Shown here: positions 46,350 through 56,080 of the stretch, piece after piece
Layout: each line of letters begins with the position of its first letter
How positions within the stretch are numbered: the stretch's first letter is position 1
Source: Candidatus Omnitrophota bacterium
Lineage (GTDB): Bacteria; Omnitrophota; Gorgyraeia; B26-G9
Reading direction: 5' to 3'
NCBI GenBank assembly: GCA_043826565.1
Contig: JBDRPX010000008.1
Location: 17,744-81,743 of the forward strand
Length of the DNA stretch: 64,000 nt
Program-made: the position numbers and the translations under genes
The notes under the pieces: generated by a model
What the model was told of the DNA's origin: nothing
What the model saw: the letters and a program-made list of their open reading frames with translations, nothing else
The model's database searches: none

Positions 46350-46562
46350 AAGGGCATTTTATCACAACACCGGCAAAAATCCAGCAAAATGCCCGTTTTG
46401 ACCGCCTAAAATTAGGGAATTATATACTTGACTCCCTAACAATATGACTCGTTGATTTTTCATGGACGAGCTAATGCCCTGCTTTTAATTTGCATCCTTA
46501 TAGGTAATACTGAGATCTGACTTAATTTTGCTCTCCAATTTTTTTTAGTAGTGTCCGTTTAA

Positions 46563-47318
46563 CTATTTAGTACCGCCAAATACTGCAAAAATGCTGTACT
46601 TGTAGAAACAATCCACATCCTTGAACCCGCATTTGCTTAAAGTCTGTAGCTGATCCCAAAGACCACTTGGTTTGTCTTCAAGATTATTCTTGTATACAGA
46701 TGGGATATTGTCATATTTCCCGATTTCGCTTTCTTTCCCATTTTTTTCTAATGTTTCATTCATCCAATTTCGCCACATTTCAAATTGTATTTCTTCACTA
46801 TGGGCTGAACTTGGATGGACTGCATCAATGTTCAGGAATAGGCCACCATGCTTCAATTCTTTATAGATTTTAACGAACAATGCTGTTTTCTGCATAAAAT
46901 CAAGATGATGAATAGCATTTGAAGAAATTACTAAGTCATATTTCCGGTCTTCGGGTTGTGATGCGGAATAATCTTCAAATGTTAGATGGCGGAAGGATAT
47001 GTTGCTGTCATTACTGCCTAAAGTTGCTTTTGCCTTGTTTAGCATTTCCTCGGAAGCGTCAACGAGGTAGAAATTGTTATTGGGCGATTTGTCATAAATA
47101 CATTTTGTTATGATCCCTTCTCCGCAACCTAAGTCTAAAATGTGAAGATTGGCTATGCTCGGAAAATGAAATGCTACAATTTCAAGCAGAATGCGGATAG
47201 ATCTTTGTCTTTCTATCACAATGAAATTTGCTGAACTTGTGTAAAAATTGACAAAATCTTTGTCGTCCCACTTGAATGTTGCGTCTTTCTTCATTTTGTT
47301 TTCCTGTTTAAGTAACAT
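46563..47318 (-). CDS. Class I SAM-dependent methyltransferase (CmoA-like)
   Basis: ILDLGCGEG, VDASEEML, SSNAIHHL, LKHGG.F.N.D; start may be 47294. Confidence 0.9.
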   Translation of the reverse strand: MLLKQENKMKKDATFKWDDKDFVNFYTSSANFIVIERQRSIRILLEIVAFHFPSIANLHILDLGCGEGIITKCIYDKSPNNNFYLVDASEEMLNKAKATLGSNDSNISFRHLTFEDYSASQPEDRKYDLVISSNAIHHLDFMQKTALFVKIYKELKHGGLFLNIDAVHPSSAHSEEIQFEMWRNWMNETLEKNGKESEIGKYDNIPSVYKNNLEDKPSGLWDQLQTLSKCGFKDVDCFYKYSIFAVFGGTK

Positions 47319-48493
47319 TTCTTTTTGGTCATTTCTACTTCTTTTGCGCCTTCAAAGCTGAATAAATTAACTCTTTTTCCGCACCGCTTTTTTCCCTTTA
47401 GACCTTTTTTTGTTGGCAGTTTCTTTGCCAAAGCCTTAATCGTTGCGTCCGAGTGCGCTAATAAATTGCCCCGATCAAATGTCACGAAATCTGGGTGCGT
47501 TGAAATACGGTAATCCTTTGATGCATTATTCTCAATAAACTTCTTGGCATCCTTGCCCAGTAAACTGCCCTGAAGCGGCGATCGAACCCGATCAAAAATC
47601 TGATACTTTCCGGCTTCCACAACCTTTTTAAGCCACCCGCCCTTGCCTTTCTTGAGCTCAACACCCAGTTCAATAAACAATTTGAACGCCCCGTCCGGCA
47701 TTTTTATCTTCTGACCATTTACCTCAAGATCATTGCTTCGTTTCATCGGAGCCGTACCCGGGATATGGATTTTGTCATAACATTTGTAGCCAAAACCCTT
47801 ATAGTCCTTCGCCTGCTTCTTGGTCAAAGCCGTGGCTCCGTCCTCAGGCATAAATTCTTTAATAAGATCATCTATCGACAATTTGAATGTTTTGAAATCA
47901 AGCGCCGTCGCAAGAGGAACCGTGACTATCTCGCATTTGCTCAAACCCCAGCTTAATAAAATATCCTCTATCTTCGTAAATGGAGTGAAAACAACTAGAA
48001 CCTTGTCATCTTTGCAAATGTCCTTTAACCCGACGAATTTGATCAGCTTGCCATCCCCAATCTTCGGCACAAAAACAAACCCAACCCGGAAACTGTCGTA
48101 TAGCTTATACCCTATGTAAAAATACCCTTCCGGGATTTCTTGAAACTTTCCCTCAATCTTGTTAACCTGCCTGATTTTCGCAAACAAAGCCGAGAAAGAA
48201 AGTTGATACCGCCGCAGATCCGCTTCTGTTACCTCAATTGGTGCACTATCCGCTGACTCCACTGAGTATGCGCAGAATCGACTTCCAACCTTCTTGACCC
48301 GTCGCTCGTTCCCATTATCCCCCAAAGCAGACGAATAATAAGGCTCCTTCATATAGTCATACTTCATTCGGTCTAAATATTTCTGCTTGGTCAGAAAGTT
48401 GAAATCGGTCTTTGAAACACGCACCAGCTCGCTCTCGCTGAACGACGCTGTGGGAAAAGCCTCGATATTTTTTAATATGAAGTTCATCATCAC
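47291..48493 (-). CDS. Hypothetical protein (possible C-terminal winged helix)
   Basis: 400 aa; 4-nt overlap with the upstream gene; FIEN...YRIS tail. Confidence 0.7.
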   Translation of the reverse strand: MMMNFILKNIEAFPTASFSESELVRVSKTDFNFLTKQKYLDRMKYDYMKEPYYSSALGDNGNERRVKKVGSRFCAYSVESADSAPIEVTEADLRRYQLSFSALFAKIRQVNKIEGKFQEIPEGYFYIGYKLYDSFRVGFVFVPKIGDGKLIKFVGLKDICKDDKVLVVFTPFTKIEDILLSWGLSKCEIVTVPLATALDFKTFKLSIDDLIKEFMPEDGATALTKKQAKDYKGFGYKCYDKIHIPGTAPMKRSNDLEVNGQKIKMPDGAFKLFIELGVELKKGKGGWLKKVVEAGKYQIFDRVRSPLQGSLLGKDAKKFIENNASKDYRISTHPDFVTFDRGNLLAHSDATIKALAKKLPTKKGLKGKKRCGKRVNLFSFEGAKEVEMTKKKCYLNRKTK

Positions 48494-49596
48494 GTCAAAA
48501 GCACTCCATTGTCCCTCAAATATTTTTCAATAATTCCCTTTTCCGCTTTCTCGGGTAATTTTGTGTTCTCCGGCGGCTTAATTTCAACCGTTATCGATTT
48601 AGGCTTCTTCCCACCACGCTTTATATGGAACCGTAATTTAGCTGAAACATACTCAACGTCCTGCATAGATATCTTTAAATCAGAAAACGCCTGCCGGACA
48701 TCGCCGCAATTAATCGTTACCTTTATGACCTTTGCGCCTCTGCATTTAACCTTCACCTCTGTTAAATCAACAGCCTCAACATCGTCATTGCCGGAATAGC
48801 TGAAAGTGCCATTTTTAATAGGGTCAAGAACAACCAAGGTATTGTTAAACGTTGACTCGGCCACCTGATCCATGCCAAGGATAGCGTTCCCGAATATCTC
48901 GATATACCGTTTTTTATCAGCTTCGCTCCAACCGCCCGCATTAACACTGAGCACGCAATTCCCCGTATCAAAAACGAGCATATCCTCTCTGGCGGGGCGA
49001 AAAGACTGAATATCCACTTTCCCCTTTTCAAATATGAGATGCGTTTTCATGAAATCACCATGGGCGATTAGGACGATGTGTTTACCGTTATGCGCCCTGT
49101 ACCTGATATCACAGTGTTCGCTTTTACCGGTATCCTTAAAATACTGTTCTATGGCAGTTTTCAACTGTGCAACACGATCCTCGGCGAAGTTACAGTTGTT
49201 ATGCTCAAACTTATGGTGGCTTAATTTTTCGGAATAGACGACGTACAGATAAAAATCAAAGGCGAGTGAGAACGCTTCCTCGCTGTGAAGAAAAACCCGC
49301 ATAGCAGTTGTTTCTGAAGGTTCATCATCTTGAACCGCTATATTATACTGACGCTTTGCCTGCTCAAGATATCCTCTTGCCCGGTCAGCGATGTCATTAA
49401 TGCACTGCAACTCCTCCTCGAGATAAGATCGCTTCCCATCATCGCTGATGCCATCTAGAAAATCGTGAATATTATTTCGGTCGAAAACAAACCCATCAGG
49501 AACCGGAACGTTTTTCCGTGTGAAATACGCCTTGAGCAGGTCGCTACTAACTCCCGTGACAAATTTTTCCAGTTTAAATGATCTATGTTTTGCCAT
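48490..49596 (-). CDS. Hypothetical protein
   Basis: 368 aa; FRPAREDMLVFD motif; AAGGA RBS. Confidence 0.75.
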   Translation of the reverse strand: MAKHRSFKLEKFVTGVSSDLLKAYFTRKNVPVPDGFVFDRNNIHDFLDGISDDGKRSYLEEELQCINDIADRARGYLEQAKRQYNIAVQDDEPSETTAMRVFLHSEEAFSLAFDFYLYVVYSEKLSHHKFEHNNCNFAEDRVAQLKTAIEQYFKDTGKSEHCDIRYRAHNGKHIVLIAHGDFMKTHLIFEKGKVDIQSFRPAREDMLVFDTGNCVLSVNAGGWSEADKKRYIEIFGNAILGMDQVAESTFNNTLVVLDPIKNGTFSYSGNDDVEAVDLTEVKVKCRGAKVIKVTINCGDVRQAFSDLKISMQDVEYVSAKLRFHIKRGGKKPKSITVEIKPPENTKLPEKAEKGIIEKYLRDNGVLLT

Positions 49597-49621
49597 TCAG
49601 TATCCTTCGTAAAATCATCAA

Positions 49622-49852
49622 TTAATGTATGCGATCCTTAGGCGGGCACGGATCCTTTCCAAAGCTGTCCTTATCCTGAATCTTACCATCACGCCCATGA
49701 ATCACAAGTTCTGACTGCTGATGCTTCGCAATTTGCCTTCCAGCGTTCTCAGCGGCGTTCTTTGTGCGATGCTCTGAGGTTAATCGAGAGTTCCCCTCGC
49801 CACGCACGCCCCATCCTTCGTCCGTCTTTACTACATGCTGATTCTTACCCAT
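49622..49852 (-). CDS. DUF2188 family protein
   Basis: NQHVV...GWGV.GEGN..., ELVIHGRDGKIQDKDSFGKDPCPP. Confidence 0.9.
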   Translation of the reverse strand: MGKNQHVVKTDEGWGVRGEGNSRLTSEHRTKNAAENAGRQIAKHQQSELVIHGRDGKIQDKDSFGKDPCPPKDRIH

Positions 49853-49875
49853 GCCACACCTCCATTTTTGCCTAT

Positions 49876-50011
49876 AAATAAAAAAACCTTCACCGGGCAG
49901 ACTTACTCCACCAAGCGAAGGTTTTAATTATTTTAACGTGGCAGTTCCCCCTTCGAAACATACCACTCTCAATTTCAATGTATTTATACTCTAAATTTGC
50001 ATAAAAGTCAA
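49876..50011 (-). promoter_or_regulatory. Promoter + structured leader, copy 1
   Basis: TTGACT-N17-TATAAA, hairpin with GAAGG loop, AAAACCTT..AAGGTTTTTTT terminator-like stem. Confidence 0.6.
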
Positions 50012-50055
50012 TGTTTTTCGTAATTCCTCCTGATGCACTATATTATCACAAAAAC

Positions 50056-50265
50056 CTACTTTCTCAAACACTTAAGCGTCTCCCGTAAATCCTTCGCGGT
50101 CAACCGATCCGCCTCTTCCAACCCACACTCATGCCTCAAAAACCAATGCAACCTCATAATTCGCTTTGTTTCCTCAATCAGCTCCCTATGCCTTATGTTC
50201 CATAGCCAAGTAATCGGACTAACCATCTCGCCACCTCCTACTATAATAGACGTATAAGATGGCAA
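50056..50265 (-). CDS. Small hypothetical protein
   Basis: 69 aa; probable ATG about 50226 after GGAGG. Confidence 0.45.
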   Translation of the reverse strand: MPSYTSIIVGGGEMVSPITWLWNIRHRELIEETKRIMRLHWFLRHECGLEEADRLTAKDLRETLKCLRK

Positions 50266-50298
50266 AATCTAACATAAATTTTATTAAAAAAATGCACA

Positions 50299-50439
50299 AA
50301 AATAAAAAACCTTTATCAGCCATAATTTGGCCAACAAAGGTTTTTCTTTTTTAACGTCCGGGATTTATTCCTTCAAACTCGGGACGAATTAACACTTTTT
50401 ACTATATATAGTTATATAAAAAGAATAATCAAAAGTCAA
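50299..50439 (-). promoter_or_regulatory. Promoter + structured leader, copy 2
   Basis: TTGACT-N17-TATAAC, hairpin with GAAGG loop, AAAACCTT..AAGGTTTTTT stem. Confidence 0.6.
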
Positions 50440-50516
50440 GCAATTTATGGACTTCAGTCTATTTTAATGGTAAACTGTATAAATCATAGTTTCGATTACA
50501 CTATTTAGGGGTTACC

Positions 50517-51374
50517 ATGAAATATAATCAAATAAATAAAACAATTTTTGAAATCTGCCATGACAATTCACTGAATTTTATTGCTAAGAGCACGGAGATC
50601 GAAAAGCGTCTTAACACTTGCAATGATGCAGAAATTTTGTTGCATATTGACCATGCTGGCGTTATACCCGAATGCTTTGATCACGATTCCACAGAAGAGA
50701 AAGTATTTGCAAAGTATTGTGACTCTTTACTTGCCAGAGCATTTAGAATAATCGGACTCGACGCTCATACAATTCCTGAACGAAGTGATGCGGCCGATGT
50801 AATCGCAAAGCAAGACCAACACACAATTGTCGGTGATGCAAAAGCTTTTCGTTTAAGCAGAACCGCTAAAAACCAAAAAGATTTCAAAGTTGAAGCGCTT
50901 GACAAATGGCGAAAGGGCGCTGATTACGCATGCCTAGTCTCCCCTCTATATCAATATCCTAATTCTAATAGTCAAATCTATGAACAAGCTATAAGATATA
51001 ATGTAACCTTGCTTTCATATACACATTTAGCCTTTATTATACGAAACAAAACTGCATTACAAAGGAACGATGGACTTAAAGAATTATGGGATACCCCCAA
51101 ATCCCTAACGGCAACCAAGAGTGCCTACACTTACTGGAATACTATAGATACCAAAATACTGCAACTGCTTAATAAAACATCGGCTGAGTGGAAATCTTTT
51201 ATTGACGAACAAATAAAGATTTTACCTGAGAAGGCAAAAGAACAAATTGCTTTTTGGGAAGAAGAAAAACAAAGAATCGGCGGTCTTTCCCATGATAAAG
51301 CTGTGGAAGAATTGCTGAAGGCGCTTAAAATAAACGCTAAAATTGAAATTATTAAACGAACTGCTGGGCTCTAA
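50517..51374 (+). CDS. HindIII-family type II restriction endonuclease
   Basis: GVIPE.F.HDSTEEK..AKY.D, ER.DAADV, DAKAFRLSRTAKNQKDFKV, YQYP..SQIY. Confidence 0.88.
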   Translation: MKYNQINKTIFEICHDNSLNFIAKSTEIEKRLNTCNDAEILLHIDHAGVIPECFDHDSTEEKVFAKYCDSLLARAFRIIGLDAHTIPERSDAADVIAKQDQHTIVGDAKAFRLSRTAKNQKDFKVEALDKWRKGADYACLVSPLYQYPNSNSQIYEQAIRYNVTLLSYTHLAFIIRNKTALQRNDGLKELWDTPKSLTATKSAYTYWNTIDTKILQLLNKTSAEWKSFIDEQIKILPEKAKEQIAFWEEEKQRIGGLSHDKAVEELLKALKINAKIEIIKRTAGL

Positions 51375-51376
51375 GA

Positions 51377-53521
51377 TTAAAGCGGATCTCGATTAATCAC
51401 CTTGAATGAAGGGAAAGATTTTTTTACCATTTTTTCTACTTCTCCCAAAACCAACGAAACATTCTTCTCCCCGTCAACTGACGCACAATTAGAAATCAAT
51501 CCAACCCCTTGCGCAAATACCGCCAAAGCAACATCCTGTTCTTGCCACCCAGAATTTAGTAACGCCTTGGCATACCCACTGCAATATCCGCCAATTTTTT
51601 CTTCAATTTCAATCAATTCACCATTTACTTTTTCCGAAGTTAACTTCCTACCAACAAAAACTATGCACGTATTTATTGCTTCTGACGACATTCCCCTCGG
51701 ACGATGTTTTCGTTCGATACTAAGTGGCTGAACGCTTGTAATAAACAAATTGCTACTTCTAAAGGCTCGTATTAATGCTTCCCACCCCTTAAAAGAACTA
51801 TGCGAGTATATAAAAGATATAATGCCATCATTTTTCAAAACCCTTCCGGCCTCCGATAAAGCCATTGTTAATTGCTCACAATACGATTCATGAGCTTTAA
51901 CTGCATCTCCATTCCTAAAAGTTGATGCGACTAGCTCATGATTGGAATCCGTGGCTTGTTCTTTAAATAAATCTGGTTCAATTGCTTTAAGTAACATTCT
52001 TTTCCAACAGTAAAAAAAATCAGCTAGCGCTGTGTAATACACATTATCATAGTAAGGAGGATCGGTTACGATAGCATCAAAGAAGTCGTTCTGAAATGAA
52101 AGTTTTTGTGCCCTGCCTTTTTCAACTTTAACCGAAGTAAGAAACTGCGGGATAGAACCAACGCCCTCAACGATTCGGTCGAGCTTTTTCCATAAATTGG
52201 CAGGACCGTTCATAACCGGGTCAGTTTCAACATAATCCCATAGCATCGGCACCCCGGGTCCACAGAAAGCACGGCCAACTTGTTCATTTTGCGAAATCCA
52301 CATGGATAACCGGCAATTCCAATCTACCAACTGATCAATCAAGCTGGATAAATTTCCGATAACAAATTTCGCTTCAACAGAAGATTTCGATTTACAGAGA
52401 AATTCATACTCATCAATTAAAGACTCGATGAGCATCACCAAAACCAATCTCTGTCTTGCATTTAAAAAATCCGCATAAGTTTCCATCCCGTATCCCGCCG
52501 GATTAACTATACCTGACCATTTGGGCAAAGGTATCAACGGCAAGGAAGCATTTATTGCTTCCAACGTTTCCTCTTCAATAATCTTTAGCGTTTCTGGGTC
52601 GGGAATAATATTCTTACCTACCGCAACAAACTCTTTTCCTTTTGTCTTTTTAAGTTGTGCAATAGCAAGAATCTCATCTGTAGTGTCAGCGATGCTTATT
52701 TTATCAGTAATATGCTCACAGGAAGGACACTTCATCTTCCCAGATCGCCCAATCCAATTAGAAGTAAACTCATATAACTCATCAACCTCTTTTATCTCAA
52801 CTTTTTGGCTATCTTTTCCATTTACTAGTGTCATCCCTAGTTTCTTACCATGCTTCTGCGACAACCAAGGGCGCTTCATGAGATAATATTTATATTTACA
52901 CTTCGGGCACTCGATAGAATAACTCCAAATATAGCCAAAAGTTGTAGCGCCATCCTCATCAATCTGATCCCGCAACGGAAAGAGTTTGCCAGTTTTCTTG
53001 GTAAGCGCATTAAGCACCCGCTCACCTGATTCTTTAATTAAAACAATTCGCTGAGTAGGTTTAATTTCTTGTGAATAAACCAAATTACATTTTTGAATAA
53101 AAATCGATAACTCATTAGAATCGACGGAATAGGATTCAGCGCCAATATTAGCCGCCTCAAAAGGGATCGTCCCCCCACCAGCAAACATGTCCAAAACTTT
53201 AGGGGTTTCAACGTATTGAGATGACAATATTTCTTGAGCATCTTTGATTGAATTGTGGCCGAGGTTTGACAAAATATTTAATGCCCGATCATCTGTACTT
53301 TTGCATAAAGCGGCAAAAGCTAACATACGCATTGAAGCATGCGGTCTTCTCGCCCACCACACATGAACAGTATGAGAAGTTTCCCCTCTCCTATATCTCT
53401 CTGCATGCCCCGCAATTGATGCTTCATAATAAAAAAGACCGTTATCAATAAGTCGATGAGGCTTTTTGAGCGGCGATGCATCTAATTGCGGACTGGCATG
53501 ACTTCCCAATATTATTGACAT
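51377..53521 (-). CDS. DUF1156-type amino-DNA methyltransferase
   Basis: HVWWARRP, VLDMFAGGGTIPFEA, CPKC..CPSC Zn ribbon, TDPPYYDN..Y..LADFF. Confidence 0.88.
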   Translation of the reverse strand: MSIILGSHASPQLDASPLKKPHRLIDNGLFYYEASIAGHAERYRRGETSHTVHVWWARRPHASMRMLAFAALCKSTDDRALNILSNLGHNSIKDAQEILSSQYVETPKVLDMFAGGGTIPFEAANIGAESYSVDSNELSIFIQKCNLVYSQEIKPTQRIVLIKESGERVLNALTKKTGKLFPLRDQIDEDGATTFGYIWSYSIECPKCKYKYYLMKRPWLSQKHGKKLGMTLVNGKDSQKVEIKEVDELYEFTSNWIGRSGKMKCPSCEHITDKISIADTTDEILAIAQLKKTKGKEFVAVGKNIIPDPETLKIIEEETLEAINASLPLIPLPKWSGIVNPAGYGMETYADFLNARQRLVLVMLIESLIDEYEFLCKSKSSVEAKFVIGNLSSLIDQLVDWNCRLSMWISQNEQVGRAFCGPGVPMLWDYVETDPVMNGPANLWKKLDRIVEGVGSIPQFLTSVKVEKGRAQKLSFQNDFFDAIVTDPPYYDNVYYTALADFFYCWKRMLLKAIEPDLFKEQATDSNHELVASTFRNGDAVKAHESYCEQLTMALSEAGRVLKNDGIISFIYSHSSFKGWEALIRAFRSSNLFITSVQPLSIERKHRPRGMSSEAINTCIVFVGRKLTSEKVNGELIEIEEKIGGYCSGYAKALLNSGWQEQDVALAVFAQGVGLISNCASVDGEKNVSLVLGEVEKMVKKSFPSFKVINRDPL

Positions 53522-53793
53522 TTTATTATAAGTTTTCCATCTCTATTTAATGAAACGTTAAAATCCTTCTTGCTACTTGGGATCCCTCGCGTTTGTCTCC
53601 ACCCTAAGGAAATGCGACGGTATCTCCAATCAATTCTCTTCTTCCCTAACTCTTCTCCATCAAAGACCACGTCTGCATTCTCAATATCCTTAAGACAAGT
53701 TTTTACATCAAAATCCTGGTTGCTTTTCCAAATCACATAACCGAATTTCTTTGATCTTGGTAAAATAGGTATCTGAACTGACATTTTAAACAC
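53512..53793 (-). CDS. Hypothetical protein coupled to methyltransferase
   Basis: 93 aa basic; overlaps the MTase start. Confidence 0.7.
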   Translation of the reverse strand: MFKMSVQIPILPRSKKFGYVIWKSNQDFDVKTCLKDIENADVVFDGEELGKKRIDWRYRRISLGWRQTRGIPSSKKDFNVSLNRDGKLIIKCQ

Positions 53794-53897
53794 CCCCTTT
53801 GTATTTTATTAAACCACAAAAAGGAAAAATAGTCAAGCTTAAATTAAGCTTGACTAAATTAAGATCGACTATTAGATGCCGTTAATTTAAAAACTTT

Positions 53898-54212
53898 TTA
53901 TTTTATTGCATAGAAATATGTTCTAATCAGTTCCGCCACAATCTTCTGCTTCCCTCCAATATGCCAATCAGTATTCTGTTCCGGATCCAGCTTCGATTTG
54001 TAGTCATAAATCGTAAACACAAGGCCGTTGATCGTGCCAACCCACTCGACCTTAATCTTACCGTCCTGTGATGATCCAAGATGGGGTTCACCAAACACAA
54101 AAACGACATCATCGTAGCACGTCCCTTCCGGCAAATACCCCTGACAGCCGGTGCCATCATGCGATACGCCGCCCATCTCAACTATTAAATCAAGCTCAGC
54201 TTTTACTTTCAT
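53898..54212 (-). CDS. Phage hypothetical protein
   Basis: DGK..VEW...FTIYDYK...WHIGG motif; ATG 54212. Confidence 0.7.
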   Translation of the reverse strand: MKVKAELDLIVEMGGVSHDGTGCQGYLPEGTCYDDVVFVFGEPHLGSSQDGKIKVEWVGTINGLVFTIYDYKSKLDPEQNTDWHIGGKQKIVAELIRTYFYAIK

Positions 54213-54447
54213 TTTGCACCTTCTTTGAGCCCCATCCAGATTTCCACCGGGCGACCGCACCATCGACAATTTTTTGAATCTGCTCCGCAGTAACACCATC
54301 AGCCAAAACCTGTTTAAGTTCTTCTTTATTAAGCACCCGGTAATTTTTAATGCCCCTATCCTTAGCCATGAGCATCAGCTCATTACGGTTCTGCTTTATT
54401 TCCGGCCTTGCTTCCATAACCTTCTGCTTTTTAGTTTTCTTCTTCAT
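54196..54447 (-). CDS. Small protein with Rho-N-like helix motif
   Basis: ELMLMAKDRGIKNYRVLNKEEL. Confidence 0.65.
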   Translation of the reverse strand: MKKKTKKQKVMEARPEIKQNRNELMLMAKDRGIKNYRVLNKEELKQVLADGVTAEQIQKIVDGAVARWKSGWGSKKVQNESKS

Positions 54448-54457
54448 AGAATCCTCC

Positions 54458-54637
54458 TCAAGTTTGTAATACCGGATTTTTAATTGTCTTGAGCGCCTGC
54501 TTTTTAGCTTCCGAATACAGGGCGTTAATAAACGTTATCTTGCCATCAGCACCTTTAAACGCCCACGTACCTCTGCCTGACGGCCGCTTGCCGTGCGTAA
54601 AGACATACTGATTGACTCCGCCGATTTCTTTTTTCAT
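54458..54637 (-). CDS. Phage hypothetical protein
   Basis: HGKRPSGRGTWAF motif; ATG 54637 overlaps the upstream stop. Confidence 0.6.
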   Translation of the reverse strand: MKKEIGGVNQYVFTHGKRPSGRGTWAFKGADGKITFINALYSEAKKQALKTIKNPVLQT

Positions 54638-54900
54638 AACACCGACTCCTGCAATTTTCCGGTAGACACATCCAGCATTTGAAAGTGCGTTATTCCTTTT
54701 TCCTTCCACTGCTGTTCAATTATTATTGACCATGTGCCTAACGGCATAACCCGCTGAATCTCCCGCAACCGCAATTTCACGGCCGGAAGATGATCCTTCA
54801 TCCTCCCGGATACCGGAATATTTTCAACATATATCTCATGCCCTTCATTACGCACGCTGATATACCGGCTTTTTTTAGCCATCATGTTTTCACGAACCAT
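54634..54900 (-). CDS. Phage hypothetical protein
   Basis: AAGGAGG RBS before ATG 54900. Confidence 0.65.
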   Translation of the reverse strand: MVRENMMAKKSRYISVRNEGHEIYVENIPVSGRMKDHLPAVKLRLREIQRVMPLGTWSIIIEQQWKEKGITHFQMLDVSTGKLQESVL

Positions 54901-54964
54901 ACAATACCCTCCTTTCGAGGGTAAGTAGACCATAGGGTTTAATAGTTGGCAAGGCGTTTCTTCA

Positions 54965-55210
54965 TTATTTTTTGATCAAAGCTTTTATTGCCAAAGGAAC
55001 GTCTTTTGCCTCTTTAACAATCGTATCGATTTCCTCTTTGGTTAGCTTTTTATCCGCAAACGCCATCACAATTGCGCTGAGCAATTCGCTAATTTCCTTT
55101 AAAACACTTAACGCCTTTGAAAGCACCAACCATACCGCACCGATCCCGACAACTGCCGTAATAATCTGTGGGATGTTACCTGAAACATAATCCATCAAAA
55201 AATCCATCAT
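54965..55210 (-). CDS. Holin-like small membrane protein
   Basis: TM then amphipathic DKKLTKEE; position after tail genes. Confidence 0.5.
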   Translation of the reverse strand: MMDFLMDYVSGNIPQIITAVVGIGAVWLVLSKALSVLKEISELLSAIVMAFADKKLTKEEIDTIVKEAKDVPLAIKALIKK

Positions 55211-55217
55211 ACACCTC

Positions 55218-55481
55218 CTAATCTAATGAGTTAAATTTCTGCACCAGTTTTTTATACCGAGATTCAAGCTGTAAAAATTCCCGCTGATTTCCCAGCCCTT
55301 GCACATGCGCTATTTTGAGCATATCCTCAACGACAAAGAAAATATCTTCCGCAATATCCGTTGCCTGCTTAATACGTTTAATCCGCACAAGCGCATACCG
55401 TTTCTGTTGCTGATCAGCGTTATTCCATTCCCGGAGAAACCCGAATATTTCTTTTATTGCCCCGCTAATATCACCCATCAC
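55218..55481 (-). CDS. Phage hypothetical protein
   Basis: 87 aa, coupled to neighbours. Confidence 0.6.
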   Translation of the reverse strand: MMGDISGAIKEIFGFLREWNNADQQQKRYALVRIKRIKQATDIAEDIFFVVEDMLKIAHVQGLGNQREFLQLESRYKKLVQKFNSLD

Positions 55482-55914
55482 TTCTCACCTTGTCCGCTAT
55501 TAAAAACCCCGCCCCAAAACAAACTCCAATCATTAACTCCACCCACTGCCAATTCATTCCCTGATAATGACAGAGCCATACTGCAAAACACCAGACAGCC
55601 GCAAACAACGCCATAATAGCCAAGGTTCTCTTTTTTAAAACCGGATACCAGCTCACTCCGTACAAGCACCCAAGCAACGCAATCATTGCCCAGTTATTCG
55701 CATCAACAATTTCCGTATAACCTAAATGCAACGGCGCTGATAAGCAGAAAAACAACAGCCAGTTCCATCCTAAAGACGAAGCGATCACAAAAGGCATTGC
55801 GTACCTTCGTAATAACAGCCATCCCCCGCCGCCCAAGCTGTAAAGCAAGGCAATCAAGCAAAACAAAACCACGATTCTTCTCTGCTTCCAAACTTCAATT
55901 AACCGGTTCTTCAT
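55471..55914 (-). CDS. Phage multi-TM membrane protein
   Basis: ATG 55914; several TM segments. Confidence 0.65.
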   Translation of the reverse strand: MKNRLIEVWKQRRIVVLFCLIALLYSLGGGGWLLLRRYAMPFVIASSLGWNWLLFFCLSAPLHLGYTEIVDANNWAMIALLGCLYGVSWYPVLKKRTLAIMALFAAVWCFAVWLCHYQGMNWQWVELMIGVCFGAGFLIADKVRSDG

Positions 55915-56080
55915 TTTTCGCCTGTATCTTTCCGTCTTTATATTCCACTTCCCACAACTCCAGCCCGATATCCGACTGAATCGCAATTTCTCCTCTTGAG
56001 TTCAGATCATTTACATCCGGCTCGTAATTGCATTTCACAGCAACCTTACCTTCTTGATTCACCACAAACCAATCCATCAT
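55895..56080 (-). CDS. Small phage protein (tail-fibre associated)
   Basis: 61 aa; ATGA overlap with the fibre gene. Confidence 0.55.
   Translation of the reverse strand: MMDWFVVNQEGKVAVKCNYEPDVNDLNSRGEIAIQSDIGLELWEVEYKDGKIQAKNEEPVN

Noticed and set aside
46203-46409. 68-aa ORF with WRVVVDGRRT resembling a recombinase C-terminus
   Set aside because: TTG start inside a terminator with no RBS; better explained as antisense to the structured RNA.
46400-46562. Prophage att site
   Set aside because: No partner repeat is visible because the other prophage end is outside the window.
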